Part shown: piece by piece, positions 50,474 to 63,596 of the stretch
Layout: each line of letters opens with the position of its first letter
How positions within the stretch are numbered: position 1 is the stretch's first letter
NCBI GenBank assembly: GCA_964016885.1
Contig: OZ024740.1
Coordinates: 375,906,001 to 375,970,000, forward strand
Direction of reading: 5' to 3'
Origin: Eledone cirrhosa
Taxonomy: Eukaryota
DNA length: 64,000 bases
Notes under the pieces: generated by a model
Databases searched by the model: none
What the model was told of the DNA's origin: nothing
Seen by the model: only the letters and a program-made list of their open reading frames with translations
Position numbers and translations under genes: made by a program

Positions 50474-53400
50474 ACGCTCATGTATGAAGACCTTACACGT
50501 CTGCGGGAGAAAAGGTTCGAATTTGAAGCTGTTTTAAAGTATCATTTTTTTGTATTTTCTTGTCGATAACGAAGCATCAGGTACCCACCTTGGTTCCAAG
50601 AGGGGGCATACTTCTCAATATTCGGGCTTTAAGCCCCAATATTACGATTTATTTTTAAAAACTTCGAAAAAATCGTTCCTTCGTCCCAAAATGTGGAAAT
50701 TTCCGACTTTGAAACGTTAAGCAACGTACAGGTCAAATGGTAAAAAACAGCGACTATTACTACCACAGACATGTCTGTCGTCCACTACACTGAATGCAAA
50801 AACTAAAGACAAGAACTGCCAACACTGCTGCTACTATCACAGAAGGGGGCGGTTAACAACACGGTATCACTTGCAACCGACATCACCACCAACACCGCCA
50901 CCATCACCACCACAACAACAACCAAGAAAAACAACGACATAACACCAAACTGCCTCAATATAAACACTAATAATAGTAAGAACAGCAACAACAAACAAAA
51001 CAACAACAACAACAACACCAACAACAACAACAGCAAGAATGACAACACTAACAACAAGAGCAACAATGAAAACAACAAACTCAACGGCTGCAGCCAAAAT
51101 AAGGCGCTTCTATAATGTAGATATCAGCTATAAGGAACCACAGTTGGCTCAGGCATGGAGGTTAATTAAACGCGACAAGTCCCGAGCCAACTTAACCGTC
51201 CCGTACGAGGGAATAGAAGCCATGCAAAGGAGGACGGTGTACTTTCAATGCATTTCAGTGCGGACACGAAAACTGGAACTCGCTAGCCAGGCAGAAGTCG
51301 AGGCTGCTTTGAAGTGTAACGGGAGTGACATTGAGTACAAAGCAAAGGCCAAGCAGTTCGGTACCATCTCAGTACTGTTCAAAACTGAGTCCCTTGCTAT
51401 TAAGCACTCCGTGAACCCCTGCTGGGCGGAACGCATTATCATTCACCCGTCCTACAAAAGGACAGTAAAGATCTGCATTCCGAGAATCCCACCAGGAAAA
51501 TGGTGGCTCCTGGGATGCGTAATCGAGGAGGGAAAAGACACTACTTCCCTAGATACCAAAAAGATGGAGAGAGAGAGGACCACACCTACAACAAACACAG
51601 ACACTTCCGAAACAACACCATCAAAACCATCACCACCACAGTCACCGAAACGAAACCAAATAAAACCAAACCAACAAAACATTAAACACTTCGTGCTTGT
51701 CAGAAGGGCCAACGATAAATTGATGGCCCTCTTAGCACGAAGCGAGGACACTGAAACAGAAGGGGGGATCTTTGAATTGAGCACATTTTGCGTGCCAGAA
51801 GATTTGATTCTGGTGCGAATGTCGCTCGATTCCTACAAAGAAATTCAAGAGAGCTTTCCTCAGGACGTGGGAACCCCGAACGTGAAACCCACATCGAGAC
51901 TTTTAAAGGGGTTCCAAAAAGAAACCCCACCAACATTGGATGTCGAACCACCACCTGACCTTTACAAGACTCCGGAGGATAAGAAAACCTTCCATCTCTA
52001 TTCTAGCTTGTCAACATGGCCATATTAAGAGTAGAAAGTTTAAATGTTCGTGGCCTGAGGTCACCCTGGAAGCAAGTTCGATTGCTCAACGACCTCAGGT
52101 TTCTGCAAATGGATGTGCTTGCCGTCAGCGAGACCAGGATTTCCTACGCGGTCGCACTAGCGCCCATTTTCGACGACTATCAGATCTTCGCATCTGTTAG
52201 CAAGCCGGGAATTGGAGGCGGGATAGCAGTACTGTTTAGAAAAGGCATGGATCTCGAGGTAAGGCCGATCTTTCGGCACCCGGATGGTACGTTGGGGGTC
52301 CTGGATGTGAGCAATAGCGAATGTGGTGTCTTTAACAATAGTGAACGTGGTATCTTTAGACTGCTGGCTGTATACGCCCCTACCGGGGCCGGACGACCGG
52401 ACTTCTTTAGACACCTGAAAGCCTTTCTGGGTACGTCTCGCCCTTTAGTGTTAGTGGGGGACGGGAACGGCATCTTTGACGCACGCTGGAATTATGTGGG
52501 AGTAACTGATAGGAACGCGGGGGGGCAAAAACATCTAATCAGCCAGTTCCAACTGTCTTACAGGTACCGATTAGATTTCCCCAATGCGCCATTCTTTACG
52601 GGGACCAACAGCATAGGGTCATCTTGGTCGTATATAGACAGGATCTTCATTAGGAAAATAGACAGAAATAGTGTAGGCTGCCCACATTTTAAAACGGTCG
52701 CCTATTCAGATCACAAATGTGTGATCTGTATAGTCGACCTAGATAAACGCGTAGGTTAGGACCGGTTACAGCAATCTGAAGATGCCATTTTCGGCACGTC
52801 AACAACAGATATTGGAGGGGGGCGTTCACAAAAGAAAGATTAGAGTAACTTCGATAGGGTTTAGCAATGAAGTAGCGTTAGAGAAAAATAGAAATGAGGG
52901 GGAGCTGGTAGATAAGTTAGACAAGGCTATTTGTAGTGGCATTGCAACGGACGTATAGCGGCATTAGACCATTTTTTCAATGCGAAACACGAAGGTTGTC
53001 AGAGTTAAGGCGCGTGCTCTGAGAAACGAGGGAACCAAAGCTGTTCGATGGACCCGCGTGGCGGAGAGGGAACGTGGTAATAAAACCACAATTCGGTCTT
53101 TGGTGGAATGAGACGGACACGAGATAAACGATTCCAAGCGGATGTGTGAGGCATTTCGCCAGCACTTTGCTCGGTTGTTCGGGGAGAATGGCGGATCAGA
53201 GACAGTAGCAGACTCCAGTCCCTACCATGACGGCTAAACGCGCATCTCGATGTTGAGCGCTGCGCAAGGCCGATTATTTCAGCCGAAATTCACGGCGCCC
53301 TTGTCAGCTGCACGAGGCACAAATCACCGGGTTTTAATGGCCTGCCGTACAAACTTTACGTAAATATGTCAGACTTGTTCTCCGATCTCCTCGAAGCGCT

Positions 53401-55480
53401 CTACTGCAACTGACAGCAAAATGAGAGTATACCCAGTTCTGTGGGAAGGGGAGTGGTAAGGGTGATAGGGAATCACGAGAACAAGAGGAATACATTAGAC
53501 AACTTCAAGCCGTCGAGGATTTTGTTGGAGAGGTGCAAAAACGCGCAATCCCAACCAGATCCATACATGACAACCGTCACCTTATGCGATACATCATAGA
53601 GAGGGTAGGGTGTAAATCTGTCTTCGGTTGGGCACTTATCAATTTAGATCAATCGAAAGCATTCGATAGGGTCGCCCATCGGTATGTGGAGGCTGTCTTC
53701 AAAGCAGCTGGCTTCGGCCCTGTCTACATGAGCTGGATAGCTGCAATGCACAGCTGCATCTGCTTGGTGGTCAAGGTTAATGGCCACCTCTCGGAACCGT
53801 TTCGGGTCTCCCGATCGGTCCGTCAAGGATGCCTTCTATCTTCCCTTCTGTACGTATTGACCCTCGACCCTTTACTGCGGAAGCTGGAGCTCTTGCAGGG
53901 CATCCCGCTCGAACCGGGACGCGGAAAGGCTGTGTCGGCTTATGCAGACGACATCACCGTGATGGTGTCGGACATCTCGGAAATCAAGGTGGTCGGCACC
54001 TTAATGAAGGAATATGAAAGGTTTACACGAGCCAAACTTAACCCGGAAAGGGTGGTGGGATTGCAGCTCGGCACCTGGCTGGATACGACGGACGGACCGG
54101 AAAAGTGCTCGGGTTTGGTTTGGACCAGACCTCCAGGTGGAAAGAGAATTCGGACGTGGTAACGAACAGGTTAGCCAGTCTCACCCAAAAATGGGCTACA
54201 ATGAAGCTATCAGTGATAGGTCGTGCGGAGGTGTCGAAGGCGTACATTGCGTCCGTCATCTACTACCGCCTGAACATCGCGCCTTTCCCCGGTCTGCGCC
54301 TTGCCAATTTCGAATGGCTCCTCTTCAAATACTTGTGGAGAGGACAAGTCCCGTTGTTGAGGCGGTCTATCTGCTGCCAGCACCCTCTACGCGGAGGGCT
54401 GGGCATGTCGTGGCTAATGATGCGCGGAGGCTGCGACATCTCCAGATTTTCTGCCTAAAGGATGAACAGATGTGGTCGCCGTTTATCAGAGGGACCTTTC
54501 CGCAGCTCATTTCTTGGACTGAGCTGAAGTCCAGGGTCAAGAAGAGACCAAGACTGGGTGACTGGCACCTGGAATGTTGCCAGGAACTTACTGCCCTCTA
54601 CCAAGAGGGCAATGCGATCAGTGGAACTCCCACTCTCGAGTTCTATAGATGATTAGTGGTGGGCAAGTGCGATGACACACTCGTAGAAGCTTTGGGCCTC
54701 GACGAAGTCAAACTGACCAGTCTGTTCCGGAGAGCTTTCGAGCCGGGACGATGGATAATTTCCAGAAATCCCTCGCTTGGCACTGCTACCAGGGGGCACT
54801 CTACAGGCAGAGAAGTGCTGTCAGACGGACCTCCCCGAGATGCGCACAGAGCGACGTAACCGTTCTGCACGCACTTGTTCAATGTCCGTGCATTTCTGAC
54901 CTGTGGAGTTATGTCGAACCGCTATTGTTGTGTGTTGAACGGGTATCGGCCGAGTCCATAGTTAAGATCGACCCATTGCTTTCGTTTGGCCAGGAAGGGC
55001 AGGCAATTTTTCTCTGTCTGGTGGCAGTTCCGAAAGAGGTTGTATGGTGGACCAGATTGAAAGGACTGAAGACAGACAATCCCTCATCAACTTCTTCAAG
55101 TTTCACCTGGAAAGGAAGGTGAGGCTGGAGAGTGAAGTGCTGCGCCCAGTGCATTTGCTAAAATGTGGTTGAATGTGGCGAGAATGGGCCGTGTGATTGG
55201 GCCTATAGGCTGGCTAATTTGAGGAGGAGAGGGGTGCTCTAGAAGTGCAGGGTGGTTCAGGATTGGTGGGGTACCTGAGTCACCCCTGAATCGCCCCCCC
55301 CCCTATTGGGGAATTTATGTTGTTATATTTATGCATAGTTTATTTTATATATTTTTATATCTTCATTGTTATATTAGTCTTGCCATTGTGCACTTTTACT
55401 CGAGCTTATTGTAAAACCGCACTGCACTTGTCTTTGTATTGTCCCTTACATTTCGGCCCATGTGGCCAATGAATGAAATC
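50474..55480 (+). mobile_element. Tx1/L1-clade LINE family B, copy B3 (degenerate, ORF1 deletion)
   Basis: 5' UTR and 3' UTR resemble B1. ORF2 from 52016 is fragmented, with YADD in ORF 53533. Ends aatgaatgaaatc(ATT)n. Confidence 0.92.
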
Positions 55481-55498
55481 ATTATTATTATTGTTATT

Positions 55499-57620
55499 GC
55501 TACCTCAGGATGTCGTCAAGTATAACTTTACTACGTAAAGTTTGTTTATGTTCACTTGTTTGCATAAACTTCATTGTTAAAATATTAGATAGAAAATGTT
55601 AATTGGGCGGCAGGCATTTCATTTTACGCCTACAAGTGTGTAAAAATGGCGCTGAGACACTCCTCCTCTCCTATCTAGTTGTCAGGTGACAGCGATTCGC
55701 ATACGAGTATAAAGCTCGACAAAGACGTCACCACCTCCACCACAACAAACATGAGTACCAATAGTGACAGAATCACAACCACGAGCACCTCCAACAACAA
55801 CTACATAAAAGCACCTCATCAAAAAGAAGCATTGAGATAAATAAGAATAGTGACAGCATTGACAAAAACAGCAGCAACAACGCCAACAGGAACAGCAAAA
55901 TAAACGTAGACATATAAACCAAGTATGGTCACAGTTTACATTTGGAGAGAGATCACCCACCTGCGGAATTCGCCCCCGTATCCCAGATCCCAAAATGCAT
56001 ATCCTCTGAGACAAGGAATCAGTCTTTGTCGACGTACTTTTCAAAATCCCAGGTGAAATCAGACGTTAATTATTCACTGTGGAGCGAAGAGCTACATCTG
56101 CTGCCGAAGTATTGTAGCCAAAGTTTAGTGAAGATAAGAGTGAACCACACAATAGCTATTTCGTGGCTAGTGGAAGCTATCCTTATAGATGTTTTAATAG
56201 CAAGCAAATACTAGGCACGAAGAAAATTAAACTGAAAGACTTGTCAGGATCAATGATGGAACTACTGATCCAAACTAATCAGGAAATTATTGAACTCATA
56301 CTTGAGATAATAGACTATGTGAACGGCACTCACCTCCCCGTGACCGTTGACGGTAGATGGCCAAGATGCCACAAGTATGGTTCAAAAATGCACCTGAAGG
56401 TATTCTGCCTTCAATAAACATGCCCCTCTCCGAACATGGATTATAGCCTTGGGAGGAGTGGCACATTGACAATAACAAAAACATAAAGAAACAATAGAGA
56501 ATTGCTCCATGAAAAAAATCCTTCGAAACATCACAAACATAGGACACAACGCCAACACCAACTACCATCAACACCACTAGACCCTCATATGGAACAACAA
56601 AAACAACAAAAACGCAAGCCAAACGAAAACACAATCACCACACATTAAACAGCTATGAGAACAAACAATCAGAAATTAATGAAAACACTACAATTGCAGA
56701 AAATTATTGCATCACCCCGAATACTATTACACTACCCACCATACATCAAATCATATATATCACACATGAAACATACACTAAATTAAAAGGAGAATGTCTC
56801 AATGCAATTGGGGACATTCGGGCCAGGTTATCCAAGCAGATATATTTCTTTGTGGTGGAGATCATCATCCCTCGCTCTACAGGAACAGAATCACCTTTTC
56901 TCACTTTTCCTTCTCACTATCTAACATGGCCTTATTCAGAATAAGCAATTGACGTGCTTATGGGTATATTTTTCTCGATGTATTTCTCAAAACAATGCAC
57001 GAAGGCTGCGTTAACAAAGCTAGGGCGTGTGTGGGCAGAGCGGAAGAATTCCCAGTTCTATGAGCCGCAGAGAGATGGCACTCGTGAGAAAGACTCGAAC
57101 AAGGGGGAATAAATATGCAGATTTTACGTCCATAATTCTGCAAAATGCAGAGTTAAATATTTGAACAAGGTATACACAACGAAGTCAGCCCTTGTCGCCA
57201 GTGGTGTGGTACGGAGTGCAAAAATGCACCATCCCGAAGAGGTTCATGCGCAACAACCTTTGCCCTATGCAACATATAATGAAACTAGAACGTGTAGGGG
57301 TCTAATTCATGTATACAAATCGAAAGCTTTCGATAGGGTGGACCATTGCTACGGTTTCGGTCCCGTTTGCAGAGATTAGCTCACAGCGAAATCTGCTGCG
57401 TGGTTAGTGTAAATATTTACCTGGACAGAGAGATCAGTTAATATTTTAAGGGTCTAGTTTGATCCAAAGTTCCAGATGGATAGAAACCAGGCCCTGGTAA
57501 CGAGTAGACTAGCATGTCTTACACAGAAATGGGCCAAACAGAATCTAAGCCTTAAAGCATGGACCGAGCTGGCAAGCACATACACCATATCCGTTATCTA
57601 CTAGCAGTTCAGTTCTGTCT
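55499..57620 (+). mobile_element. Old, heavily deleted Tx1-clade relic (copy D)
   Basis: GTHLPVTVDGRWPRCHKYGSKMHLKVFC (ORF1 knuckle), HEGCV.KAR, SKAFDRVDH..GFGPV, LTQKWA..NLSLK. Confidence 0.75.
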
Positions 57621-57917
57621 TCTGGATTTCTTTTACCAACATCTTCCTCTTTTATATTGTATTTCAGGAAGTGGTATCCTGAATGGATTGTTGCTGGTCT
57701 GTATTCTGTATATATTTTAGGGTAGGAGTTGTTGCGTTTTGGTGTTTACTTTATTCGTGTTGGATGTGTTGTTTTTATATATTTCGTATAATTTTCAGTA
57801 TATATATTTTCATGTACGTTAGTTATTTTCTGTTCGATACTTTCTTTGTTTACGTACTGTAATCTCTCAATTGCATGTTCTATTTCAATTTCTGAAATAG
57901 AGTACTGGCTGTCCCCT

Positions 57918-58132
57918 GGCGGCATATTAACAGAATAACGCCGGAAATAATGTTTTACGATATCAGTTCCTGTTTTATGTGCTCTAAATTCAAATCCCGC
58001 CGATGTTTCCTTTGACTAGCATCTTATTGGTCTCGATAAAAATATTAGATGTCCATATCAGAGGCTGATTATTCATCTATATCTAAAAGAATAGCCCTGT
58101 GTTTATAATAGAAATAGGAAATTATTATTATT
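57918..58132 (+). mobile_element. Diverged tRNA-derived SINE copy
   Basis: ttcaaatcccgccga, ggtctcgataaaata, tail gccctgtg...gaaattattatta. Confidence 0.6.
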
Positions 58133-59441
58133 GTGAACATGTCAACAATTTTTAAAACCTACCAATATTGCAATATAATTGGAGATTTATTCATCCGAAA
58201 TATGTAATTGACACTTACACATTTCAATGATTATTGAGTAAAGGATTTATTTTCGTGTTACGATAGGATTTTGTTAAAATATATATAGCTTATATTAGAA
58301 ATATTATGTAGTGATATGTCATATGATACTTTAATAAATAATTTATTTATGATTTATAATGGAATTAGTATCATGTAATATGATATTAAATAAAGTGACA
58401 GCATTTTTTATTTATTTTTTTCAAATGAATTACTATTCAGTGAGAATAAACCTAATATATATTTACAATAAGCATATTTGTTCATCAAATCCTACTAGTT
58501 TATCCTAAAAATATAAAACTTATCTTTATGTATTTTATTGGTATCGTCAGCCATGCTATATTTTCTCGGGAATATGTATGTATGATGAATGAGTTAATTA
58601 AAAATATAGCTTTAGAATTCTCTCTTATATTGAAATATTACTAAATTAGATTTTAGAAGCGATAATTTAACCAAACACTGACAAATATTTGCAACCCATA
58701 ATAGATAAACTAATCTGCATTACGTCATTCAACAATGATAATACTTTAAAAAAATGAAAAAGAACAATTACCGCGCCATTAATAGATACGAAAATACTTT
58801 AAATACAATCGCTAAGTGCTTCTATTAATCATTGTTATTTCCTTCCTATGGCTCAAGAGCCAGTTTACTATTTTATGATTTATGGTAAAATAAACTAATC
58901 CAATGTCAGATGACGTGGCTGTAATTTATATTTAACACACATCACACATGTATGATCCAAGCTTTAAATGAGCAACATTGAGATCCAAATTAGTCATTTC
59001 AGCAATGTTTTGATATATGACACATGAATTTTTTAAACAGTTCAGAAAATCTACCTTCTGTTATTAATAATTAATTGAAGAATAATGGCCACCAGAGTGC
59101 TATAATTGATTGAATAATTGCTGCGTCTTCGTACTTAATAGAGTATGTACACTGCTATAACAAACGTCCACGAATAGTTGACGGCTGGATATTATTATCG
59201 GTTATGATCTTTATCATCACATATATCATTCAGGTTAGTAAATTTGGAAAACAAACGGAAGAGACTCGAGTTTTCCAGAATAAAGAAAGCTAAATACATA
59301 TACGTGTTTGTGAGTGCGATTTACCTCAGTAACATTGGAACACACTGAAGCCATTTAAACATGAGCAGCGTTGTCCAACTGAGTTCAGATCGCAGCACCA
59401 TCAACTTTGACTTCTATCAGTTTGGATTCAATAACATGAAG

Positions 59442-59489
59442 TACCAGTTAAGTGTTTTCGATTACCAGTTAAGTGTTTTCGATTACCAG
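59442..59489. repeat. 21-bp tandem duplication
   Basis: taccagttaagtgttttcgat occurs twice plus a partial copy. Confidence 0.85.
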
Positions 59490-59660
59490 ATGGCCGGAAT
59501 GATTTTCCACGCTTGTTCAGGATATTTGCATTCTGAGTCCTTGGGTTGTAGGCGTAATTCCTCAACTAGTGTAAAACGATCACTTAGCCAGTGGTTCACC
59601 TCAGCGGAGAACACAATGTTGCAACAATTTAGGTCAGACCTCCGATGTCAAAACGACTGG
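59490..59660 (+). pseudogene. Possible hAT transposase C-terminal (dimerisation) relic
   Basis: FPRLFRI...SSTSVKRSLS...RTQCCNNL across frames resembles the hAT motif FP.L...SS..ERSFS...T..RN.L. Weak match. Confidence 0.3.
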
Positions 59661-61771
59661 AAAAATAAGTTATGAGTTAGGGCCTTTCATCGATAGCCAA
59701 GCGTTAAACAATGATGTGTTATACTAACTATATTTGACGAATATGAATATACTTGCCTACCTAAGTATTGCTAAATGAATGAAGGATTAAACTAATGTAA
59801 AAGATGCTAGTATTTATTACCGGCTGAAGTCTCTATTCATGTTACAAGACTAAGGTAAGACGTGAAGATTAAGTAAGAACGGTTTATTGTTGTAAACAAT
59901 GACAATATTATTACTTTTCATATTAAATCCTCATATAGCATTTGTCTATAAAAATGTGGACCACTTCATTGTATTCTGCTTAAAAGGGTCTGTAAGGAAT
60001 CAGAATTACCAGCAGTCTCTTCTCACTTACACAGATCGAAAAGTGTAGATTGGTAAAAATAAGGAAAAGAAAACTTCTCTACCAACCAAATGTTTATATA
60101 CATTGCTGGCTTTCTTTATTGTAAGTTAACTAATTGACAAATAACAATTATTATGCACGATTATCAGATTGTCACTGATACTTTATACGGGTAATGAAAA
60201 CTTTCTTCATACTAACTATTGGTTGCACCTACGGACAGTGCCTTCATCGTTTTTTTTTTGTTTTTTTTGTTTTGATTATTTTTTAGCGACAACAGGTGAC
60301 AAACATTGAACTTATAACATACAGAGCTGGAACAGATTTCGAAACGATTTAACAATTCCCCAATTCCATCAGATTTGAAGTCAAAATCCTGAAAGGGGAA
60401 ACTGACCATGGCTGAATATTAAGTTACAGCACAGAGAGTGCGAATATATGCATTATATATTCACGACACCTTAAATACACCAATAGTTCGCCACTTTATA
60501 AGGAGGTATATCTATACAGTTTTAAGAATTTCTCTATTTTAACAGAGAGAGATAAAAGCATATGGAGAATACCATTTTCAGCAGGTAAAACTAAACGTTT
60601 AATATCAACATTATTATTTTATTCCAGAAGATCGTCAAATAATATTCAATAACAAAATTGAAGTGTTAGTAAACATAAAGCAGCTGTGTTATTTATTACT
60701 TTTTATTCCTAAAGAACCTTTAAAACTCCATGCACTTGGTGTGATAAATTCAACATTATTGTTTCGCAAATGACATATATGATGTATTAGATCTCTCAAC
60801 AACTCTATATTCTTATAGCAATAAACTACTACCTCGGCAATTACGGTAAGAGTGTATGTGGAGATCGGAATAAGCAAGACATGTGCCTAAAGTTGTTGGC
60901 TGCTACAATTACCGGAAACATGTAAATGATATAATTTACATATTTATTCAAGGTCTTATGCTACATGGAGTATATGTATAAAACTAAATTAGTATACAAA
61001 CTTCACATATGTTCATTATACTACAAAAAATATGTTCATTATACTACAATATTCTATTGAATATTGAAGCTATATTTCAAAGTTTACTTCCAGATAAATA
61101 TGCCTCTATGCATAATTAAAGCTGTATATCCATATATCTACATAATAAGAGTGACAATTTGTATGTTTTGAAAATACGTTGCTATTTTTCAGCAAAGCAT
61201 TACAGAATTTGGACAGAAGTCGAGATTATCATAAAATATTAGATACATAATTACCCTTGAATTACTCATTTTAAAACGAGAAAAGTTTATATACAATAAT
61301 GTATAAATAATAAATGTTATATGGGAGTTGGGGTGGGTACGAAAGAGAATATAGAGTTAGCAAATAGGAAGACACTAGAAAAATCCCGACTCAAGTCCAA
61401 TAGATTATGCAATGACGAGAGGTGATGGATATTGAATAACCTCCAAAATAGTAACAGCCCACGTACATATTTTTTCTCGCCATTTTCTCATTTTTCTAAG
61501 CGCATTTTAAAGAACAGATATCCTTAATATGGATTTAAATATGTCTTATCCTATCGCTTTGATTCTAACTACTTCATAATTATAGGGCTAATTTAGAGTT
61601 TGTTGACAATTTTTCGTTCAATAATTTCTCCCCTAGATCACCCAGATTGTGATATCTTGGTTTTGGTGTCCTCTTTTTCCGTACTGTTCTATATTTTCCT
61701 TTATATTTTCCTTTACATTTTCCGGTATATTTTCAACGGCGCAAGTTGAACAAGTTGGGCATTAGGGCTAA

Positions 61772-61848
61772 CAAAACGTGCGGACCTGGTATGGCGCCTC
61801 TTTAGAAGCTGGCCTTAATAATTGTATATATATATATATATATACATA

Positions 61849-61906
<58 letters not shown>

Positions 61907-61952
61907 TATTAAGGCCAGTTTCTAAAAGGGCGCCATACAAGGTCCGCACGTT
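61772..61952. repeat. Imperfect ~55-bp inverted repeat around a (TA)n loop
   Basis: aacgtgcggacctggtatggcgcctctttagaagctggccttaataattgta / tacaattattaaggccagtttctaaaagggcgccatacaaggtccgcacgtt. Confidence 0.85.
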
Positions 61953-61956
61953 ACCT

Positions 61957-62000
<44 letters not shown>

Positions 62001-62135
62001 ATGTGTGTGTAGAAGGTGAGTAATATCGTAGAACAATAACACTATGCATATATCAGATAATACCACTCAACAGTTGGTAGAACTGCAGTATATATTAAAG
62101 AAGAAATTAAAAGATGGTTAAAGAAGTTCCATATA

Positions 62136-62198
62136 TTTTATTATGCGCATTTCGAAAACATCATCCTGGGACACAAATTGTCTTCTCATCAGATAAAA
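62136..62198 (-). ncRNA. Minimal type I hammerhead ribozyme
   Basis: Minus strand reads ttttat-CTGATGA-gaagaca/18-nt loop/tgttttc-GAAA-tgcgca-TA-ataaaa. Perfect stem I, canonical cores, palindromic stem III. Confidence 0.82.
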
Positions 62199-62763
62199 GA
62201 AGGTAACATGATATGAGGCCTAAAAGCACTTGTCAACAGGAAAGTGCAAAACCTACATATGACAGAAAATATAATAGCAAGAATAGATAGAAAAATATAA
62301 AAAAAGAAAAGAAGAGGAAGGAAAAAAAGGAAAAAGAAAGTGGGGAGAGGAAAAAAGAAAAAAGAAAAAAGAAAAAAGAAAAAAGAAAGAAGAGAGAGAG
62401 AAAGAGAGAGAGAGAGACTTTTGATCAGGAACGCTGTCAAAATGAAAAGAGTAAATTGATGAGGTGTATGGGCGAATATTATAGATGGTATTCAATTATT
62501 AGAGGTCTAAAATGTAGGAACTGGATATATTATTTTTTATTTGATTTTAATACTAAAATTTGGAATAAGAAGTGTAAAAATGTATTAATAAAATAAAATT
62601 AAATTAAATTAAAATAAGTATATAAAAGATTTTTATATAAAATAAATTAAAATAAAATAAAATAAAAAAATTAAAATAGTTTATCTATGTCAAAATTAAA
62701 AATTTCTATTAAGCGCTAACTCTTATATCGGATACTATTGATGGTCTCTATTTCTATTATAAA

Positions 62764-63596
62764 ATGGATTACTACAGCATCACAAATTCACTTAAAGACA
62801 TTCCTTTACCGGGAAAAACTGAATACACAAGACGTTTGATAGAAAAAACGGACTCTTTCGTTCGGAGGCTCAGATGGATCGCACATTTCCATGACCAGCG
62901 ATTAAAAGGAAATTTCTATAGAAAGGAACCTAATAACCTTGATTCATTATTTAACTCCAGAAGAAATCCTCCCTTTAATAAAAACTTACCACATTTTGAA
63001 AATGAATTAACTAAAATTATACGAAGAATTAAATTCAAAAGAAACCCATATCGAGGCTAGGTACACCTTATCATCCTTAAGAATAAAATTAATGACCTTA
63101 ATTCTTCTAAAAACGTTTTAGTTCATTCTGACAAAAGAAACAATTTATATGGCATAAGGAAAGTTAAATATAATAACCTTATCCTTAAAGAAATAAGAAA
63201 CAATTATCATAAAATTACGCACGATAATCTTGATTCTATTAATAGAGAAGCACATGAGATAATAACCAAACAGGGTATGAGAAAAAAACAGAACCCTCCG
63301 TCCCTAGAATCCCAAGGATTAATCTGAAGGATCATAAAAGACATTTTCGAACTGACTTGCCTGTAAGACTAATTGCCCCTTCTAAATCTGACCTAGGGGT
63401 TGTTAGTAAATCCAACTTGGATATAATTATCCCACTGTTTAGGTTTAAATCTCAACTAAATTTATGGTTGGGTTCATCCGATGTAATAGCCTGTTTAAAT
63501 GACCTAATTAATAAAGACAAACTAAAATGTATTCAATTAGACATTACTAGATATTACTCTTCTATTTCACCTTCACTCCTAAATAAGGCTCACTCA
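62764..63596 (+). pseudogene. Penelope-like element ORF, N-terminal and RT part (disrupted)
   Basis: SLKDIPLP.K.EY...LIEKTDSFVRRLRW.AHF, SDKRNNLY, LKDHK, RLIAPSKSDLG.VSK, IQLDITRYYSSI. An inverted hammerhead-bearing repeat lies upstream. Confidence 0.72.

Noticed and set aside
15065-55498. Repeat-spacer organisation reminiscent of CRISPR or integron arrays
   Set aside because: The repeats are simple trinucleotide tracts and the spacers are retrotransposons; no cas or integrase genes; eukaryotic DNA.
15065-57620. Telomeric retrotransposon array (HeT-A/TART or TRAS/SART-like)
   Set aside because: No TTAGGG/TTAGG repeats, and ordinary sequence continues on both sides. The analogy is structural only.
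60250-60420. Possible host exon after a pyrimidine tract and AG
   Set aside because: All frames stop quickly and no recognisable protein similarity.
62764-63596. Selenocysteine recoding as in Naiad Penelope-like elements
   Set aside because: Interruptions seen are TAG and frameshifts. No conserved in-frame TGA or SECIS is visible, and the 3' part is absent.
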